From Roseiflexus castenholzii DSM 13941 (GTDB lineage: Bacteria; Chloroflexota; Chloroflexia; Chloroflexales; Roseiflexaceae): a DNA stretch of 32,000 bases. The stretch spans positions 4,287,184 through 4,319,183 of the forward strand of contig NC_009767.1 of assembly GCF_000017805.1 (NCBI RefSeq), given 5' to 3'. The notes under the pieces were generated by a model that had not been told where the DNA came from, searched no databases, and saw only the letters and a list, made by a program, of their open reading frames with translations. Position 1 is the stretch's first letter. Each line of letters opens with the position of its first letter. A program made the position numbers and the translations under genes. Positions 27,890-32,000 of the stretch are shown piece after piece.

Positions 27890-30800
27890 GTGCGTTTTTT
27901 GCGAAAGAAACCGATAGTGTTCCATGATCGAATGACATCGCTACGCGCGACGACGCTCAAAGCCGTTGCTGCCGCCCTGACAGCACTGCTGGCATTACAG
28001 GTCCTCGCATCCGAGTTTATCATCGGGCGAAGTTTCCGTGAACTCGAAGAGCGCAGCGTTCGGAATACCATGCAGCAGACGCTCAGAACGCTGCGCAATG
28101 AGATCGATGCGCTGTACGGCAATACCAAAGACTACGCGGCATGGGACGCGACCTATGAATTTGCCATGCAGCGCGATCTCGATTACATCGACACCCATAT
28201 GACAACCGACGCGCTGATCAACACGCGCATTTCGTATGTCGCCTTCGTTACTCCCTCCGGCGACATTGTCTATACCCGTCGGCAGAGTAGTATCGATGGG
28301 CAGACATTGCCGATCCCCGCCGATCTGACGTCGTTCGATGGCGCGAATGCTCTGTTTCTTCAGGTTGCCGCACGAAACGAAGGGATCAGCGGCGTGATTG
28401 TGGTCAATGACCAACCAATGCTGATCGCTGCGCATCCGATCCTGACGAGCGCCGGAAGTGGACCGCCGCGCGGCGTTCTGATTATGGGACGCGACTTCGA
28501 TGCAGCAGAAATAGAGCGGATGAGCAATATCATCGGCTATAGTCTGTCGCTGTTCCTGGTAAACGACGCTTCCGCCGCTCCCGACGTGACGCTCGCACGC
28601 CGGTTGATGAACGACGACACTCCTATCGTCGTCCGCCCGCTCTCTTTCGCCGACGACCACATCGCCGGGTATGCGCAAATCGACGATCTGCGCGGCGGCA
28701 AGGGGATCGTGTTGCGAATCGATATGCCACGTGACATTCTCCAGTATGGTCTGTCCGCCTCGCGGTACTATCTATTGATTCTGCTGCTGGTGACCGGCGC
28801 CTTTGCTGCGGTGATCCTGACGCTGATCGAGCGCCGGATTCTGGCGCGCATCATTTCGCTCAGCACGCAGGTGGCGCAAATCGGGCGTGTCGGCAACCAT
28901 CAGGAGCGCGTTGCGCTGAGCGGAAACGATGAAATCTCCCAACTAGGCGATGCTATCAACCGCATGCTCAACGATCTGGCGCAGTCTGCTCAACGCCTGA
29001 TCCAGAGCGAGGCGCGCTATCGGCAGCTGGTCGAAATCTCTCCCGAAGCAATCATTGTGCATGACAACGAGCAGATCATCTACATCAATCCGGCTGGGGC
29101 GCGCCTGCTCGGTTACGCCGATTCGTCACGCCTGATCGGTTCGCCCGCAGCGCCATTCCTCCCTACGGCGCTGCACAACAAAACAGACGATGGCGCCATT
29201 CGCTACGAACGTGATCTGACTCTTTCTAATGGGCAAACGGTGACATTGGACCTGATCGCTGCGCCATTCGTCGCCGACGGCGCATCGGTGTGGCAGGTCG
29301 TGGCGCACAACATCACCGAACGCAAACAGACGGAGGAGGCGCTCCGCAATGCTAGAGACTGGGCGGAAGAGGCGAGTCGCGCGAAGAGTCGCTTCCTCGC
29401 CAACATGAGCCACGAACTCCGTACCCCGTTGACAACCATTATCGGCTATGCCGACCTGATCACCCTGGCAACGCAGCAGGGCGAGTTCAATCGCATCAGA
29501 GACGATATTACGCGCGTGCGCAATGCGGGCAAACATCTGCTGGCGATCATCAACGACCTGCTCGATCTCTCGAAGATTGAAGCCGGTCGTATGGAGATTC
29601 ATATTGCGCCCTTTTCAGTGCCCGCGCTTGCCGAGGAGGTGGTGGCAAGCATGGATCTGTTGGCGCAGACCCGCCGCAATACGCTGATCCTGACCATCGA
29701 TCCGACCGTTGGAGTGATGCACTCCGACGATGTGCGCGTGCGACAGGTGCTGTACAACCTGGTGCACAACGCCTGCAAGTTCACCGAAGACGGCGTCGTA
29801 ACCGTCACCATTGCACGCAGCGCCCTGGAGAGCACAGTTCATGTCAATGGTCACTCTGCCAGAATCGTCTTTACCATCAGCGATACCGGGATCGGTATGA
29901 CGGATGATCAGATGGCTCGTCTGTTCCAGGAATTCACTCAGGCAGACCCAACCACAATGCGCAAATACGGCGGTACAGGACTGGGACTGGCATTGAGCCG
30001 TCACCTGGTCCGTATGCTTGGTGGTGATATAACCGTCACCAGCAAACCCGGCGTTGGAACGACGTTTGTTGTCACCCTTCCCGAAAACCCGGCGCAGGTT
30101 GCCGAGCCTGCGCCAGAATTGAGCGAGGGTGAAGTGTTAACGGCATCAGCGCCGGACACGACACGCCACCAGGAACGCAAACGCCTGATCCTGCTGATCG
30201 ACGATGATCCGTCTGTCCGCGATCTGCTGCCGCGCATGCTGGAACGTCACGATCTCCATATTGAAACCGCTGCCGATGGAGCAAGCGGGCTGGAACTGGC
30301 GCGGCTCCTCATGCCCGACCTGATTATCCTGGACATCCTGATGCCCGCGATCGATGGCTGGACGGTGTTACGCGAACTGAAAGCGTCGAGCGAAACCGCC
30401 GCAATCCCTGTTATACTACTTACGATAGCAGATGATACAAGGAGCGGAGCATTGTTGGGCGCCGCTGAAATACTGAGTAAGCCAACCGATCTTGATCGCC
30501 TGGAGCGCCGGATACGTCTGTTGCTCGACAAACGAGCGACCCTCACCGATACAGGTGAAAGACGGGTGTTGATCATCGAGGATGACGATGCCGTGCGCGA
30601 GTACCTGCGCCGCGCACTGGCTCGTGAGCATTCGGACTGGACGATTCTCGAAGCGTCAGACGGACAGACTGCGCTGGAGCAGTGCAAAACCAGCATGCCG
30701 GATAGCATTGTGCTCGATCTCATGCTCCCTGGCATGGATGGTATACAGTTTATCGAGGCGCTACGTCTGCTCCCCAATGGATGTTCGGTTCCAATGATTA

Positions 30801-30943
30801 TCGTCACTGCAAAAGAATTGACACCCGACGAGCGCGACCATCTCCACCGGTCGGCGATTCGTATCCTGCACAAGGGAACGTTTCATTGCGACGATTTTGT
30901 TCACGAAGTACGCACTGCTGTTGCTACGTATGCGCAACTGTAA
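27890..30943 (+). CDS. Hybrid sensor histidine kinase: TM, extracytoplasmic sensor (CHASE4-like), TM, HAMP, PAS, HisKA, HATPase_c and two receiver domains (1017 aa; start GTG 27890 or ATG 27932)
   Basis: H-box MSHELRTPL, N-box LYNLVHNACKFT, G-boxes DTGIGM and GGTGLGLALS. Two receivers (LLIDDDPSVRD...LDILMP; LIIEDDDAVRE...LDLMLP). Two hydrophobic segments flank a sensor region of about 250 aa containing DYAAWDATYEF. Confidence 0.9.
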   Translation: MRFLRKKPIVFHDRMTSLRATTLKAVAAALTALLALQVLASEFIIGRSFRELEERSVRNTMQQTLRTLRNEIDALYGNTKDYAAWDATYEFAMQRDLDYIDTHMTTDALINTRISYVAFVTPSGDIVYTRRQSSIDGQTLPIPADLTSFDGANALFLQVAARNEGISGVIVVNDQPMLIAAHPILTSAGSGPPRGVLIMGRDFDAAEIERMSNIIGYSLSLFLVNDASAAPDVTLARRLMNDDTPIVVRPLSFADDHIAGYAQIDDLRGGKGIVLRIDMPRDILQYGLSASRYYLLILLLVTGAFAAVILTLIERRILARIISLSTQVAQIGRVGNHQERVALSGNDEISQLGDAINRMLNDLAQSAQRLIQSEARYRQLVEISPEAIIVHDNEQIIYINPAGARLLGYADSSRLIGSPAAPFLPTALHNKTDDGAIRYERDLTLSNGQTVTLDLIAAPFVADGASVWQVVAHNITERKQTEEALRNARDWAEEASRAKSRFLANMSHELRTPLTTIIGYADLITLATQQGEFNRIRDDITRVRNAGKHLLAIINDLLDLSKIEAGRMEIHIAPFSVPALAEEVVASMDLLAQTRRNTLILTIDPTVGVMHSDDVRVRQVLYNLVHNACKFTEDGVVTVTIARSALESTVHVNGHSARIVFTISDTGIGMTDDQMARLFQEFTQADPTTMRKYGGTGLGLALSRHLVRMLGGDITVTSKPGVGTTFVVTLPENPAQVAEPAPELSEGEVLTASAPDTTRHQERKRLILLIDDDPSVRDLLPRMLERHDLHIETAADGASGLELARLLMPDLIILDILMPAIDGWTVLRELKASSETAAIPVILLTIADDTRSGALLGAAEILSKPTDLDRLERRIRLLLDKRATLTDTGERRVLIIEDDDAVREYLRRALAREHSDWTILEASDGQTALEQCKTSMPDSIVLDLMLPGMDGIQFIEALRLLPNGCSVPMIIVTAKELTPDERDHLHRSAIRILHKGTFHCDDFVHEVRTAVATYAQL

Positions 30944-30963
30944 CCCATGGAGGACAGCCAGCA

Positions 30964-31356
30964 ATGACTCGCATTCTGATTGTGGAAGACGACGCCGCCA
31001 TCCGCGAACTGCTGGCGCGCCGATTGAATATGGCAGGATATGACACGATCTTCGCCGAAGATGGCGTCCGCGCTCTTCTGGCATCGGTCAATGAAGCGCC
31101 CGACCTGATCCTCATGGATATGGGATTGCCAATCCTGAATGGCTGGCAGGTGACCGAGCGGATCAAAAAGCGTCCCGAGACGCGCAACATTCCGATCATC
31201 GCCCTCACCGCCTACGCGCTCAGCGATGACCGGTATCGCGCCTTGAACATCGGCTGCGACGACTTCGAAGCCAAACCAATCGACTTTGACCGTCTGATCC
31301 GAAAAATCGAGAAACTTCTGTCCACAGGCGCCCGACAGCGCGAAACCGCCGCCTGA
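30964..31356 (+). CDS. Single-domain CheY-like response regulator (130 aa)
   Basis: MTRILIVEDDAAIRELL...DLILMDMGLP...TAYAL...KP is the canonical receiver signature. The start is ATG 30964, not the track start at 30781, which overlaps the kinase gene. Confidence 0.88.
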   Translation: MTRILIVEDDAAIRELLARRLNMAGYDTIFAEDGVRALLASVNEAPDLILMDMGLPILNGWQVTERIKKRPETRNIPIIALTAYALSDDRYRALNIGCDDFEAKPIDFDRLIRKIEKLLSTGARQRETAA

Positions 31357-31415
31357 CCGTGCCATCGTCTCCGACACTGGACGATGATCGGCGCATTAGC
31401 TGCACTACAACGTTC

Positions 31416-32000
31416 ATGCCGTCACGCATTCTGGTCGTCGATGACCACGACTACATTCGTCATCTCCTGGTGCGCCTGCTCACGAGTCAGGGGCATCAGA
31501 CAAGCGTCGCTACGGGCGGGCGAGAAGCACTAGACCTGCTCTCGCAGCAGTCATTCGATCTGGTGCTGCTCGATCTGATGATGCCCGATATGAACGGCAT
31601 CGAGGTGCTGGAGCAGTTGCGCCAGCAGAACGTTATCTATCACACGCCGGTTATCGTCGTTTCTGGGGTGCACGACCTGGATATGGTTGCTCAGTGCATC
31701 GAACTCGGCGCCGACGATTATCTGTTCAAACCGTTCAACGATGTGCTCTTGCGCGCGCGGGTGAATGCCTCGCTCGAGCGCAAGATGCTGCGTGATCACG
31801 AGCGCGCATACCTGGAGCGGCGCCTGCGCACCATCGACCACGAAACCTCCGATGAACCGGCGATTGTGACCACTCCACCAGCGACGATTGATATGGCGCT
31901 GCTGACGGCGCTCGATGCGTTGGAGCGCTCGCAACGCGAGCGCGACCGCGTGGAAGCAGAATTACGCAGGCTGAATGCCACGCTCGAAGAGCGAGTTGCC
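31416..32000 (+). CDS. Response-regulator receiver protein, 5' partial (continues past the window; coiled-coil linker suggests further output or kinase domains)
   Basis: The frame is open from ATG 31416 to the window end (195 codons, checked by hand). MPSRILVVDDHDYIRHLL...DLVLLDLMMPDMNG...KPF is a receiver domain. It is not in the ORF track because no stop codon falls within the window. Confidence 0.8.
   Translation, partial: MPSRILVVDDHDYIRHLLVRLLTSQGHQTSVATGGREALDLLSQQSFDLVLLDLMMPDMNGIEVLEQLRQQNVIYHTPVIVVSGVHDLDMVAQCIELGADDYLFKPFNDVLLRARVNASLERKMLRDHERAYLERRLRTIDHETSDEPAIVTTPPATIDMALLTALDALERSQRERDRVEAELRRLNATLEERVA

Noticed and set aside
26521-30873. Shadow ORFs opposite hemW and the kinase: 26521..27390 (+, 289 aa), 27995..28678 (-, 227 aa) and 30247..30873 (-, 208 aa)
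   Set aside because: They have no motifs and give Arg-rich products, and each is fully contained in a well-supported gene on the other strand.
1-32000. tRNA, rRNA, transposase/IS elements, integrases, prophage genes and toxin-antitoxin pairs
   Set aside because: Reading both strands, I saw none. There are no cloverleaf-like segments, no DDE or tyrosine recombinase motifs, and no terminal inverted repeats bounding a coding unit.

Overview
High-GC bacterial window (style reminiscent of Chloroflexi; not verifiable here) dominated by one complete type I CRISPR-Cas locus. No homology search was possible, so family calls rest on motifs, gene order and sequence features read by eye, and all counts are manual.

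Layout:
- 517-9764 (+): cas8-like large subunit, with a probable internal cas11 start, then cas7 (DevR/Cst2-like), cas5, cas3 (HD+helicase) and cas6.
- 7230-7821: a 592-nt structured non-coding gap, followed by cas1, cas2 and cas4.
- 9765-10129: lower-GC leader with a sigma70-like promoter.
- 10130-25608: a very large CRISPR array. I count 214 repeats and 213 spacers. The repeat is [C/G]TTTCCGATTTTTCGGCTCGCAGAAGAGCACTGAAAT.
- 25609-26080: a decayed block of unrelated CRISPR-like repeats, then a degenerate copy of the main repeat.
- 26365-27636 (-): a HemW-like radical SAM gene.
- 27890-32000 (+): an ordinary two-component cluster (hybrid histidine kinase with two receivers, one CheY-like regulator, one partial receiver protein).

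Most interesting observations:
1. A 37-35-37 nt CRISPR-like mini-array sits inside the cas operon between cas6 and cas1. It is a candidate CreA/CreR-type regulatory crRNA.
2. Repeat position 1 preserves an acquisition history. The 16 oldest units carry G. The 198 newer units carry mostly C, and about one third of them carry a spacer-derived base with the unit exactly 1 nt shorter.
3. Short duplications occur at the cas1/cas2 and cas8/cas7 junctions.
4. Many spacers are identical, near-identical or overlapping, which fits primed adaptation.
5. A second, decayed repeat family lies between the truncated terminal repeat and a degenerate repeat 444 nt downstream.

All short ORFs in the track between 10.1 and 25.6 kb are six-frame translations of the repeat, not genes.
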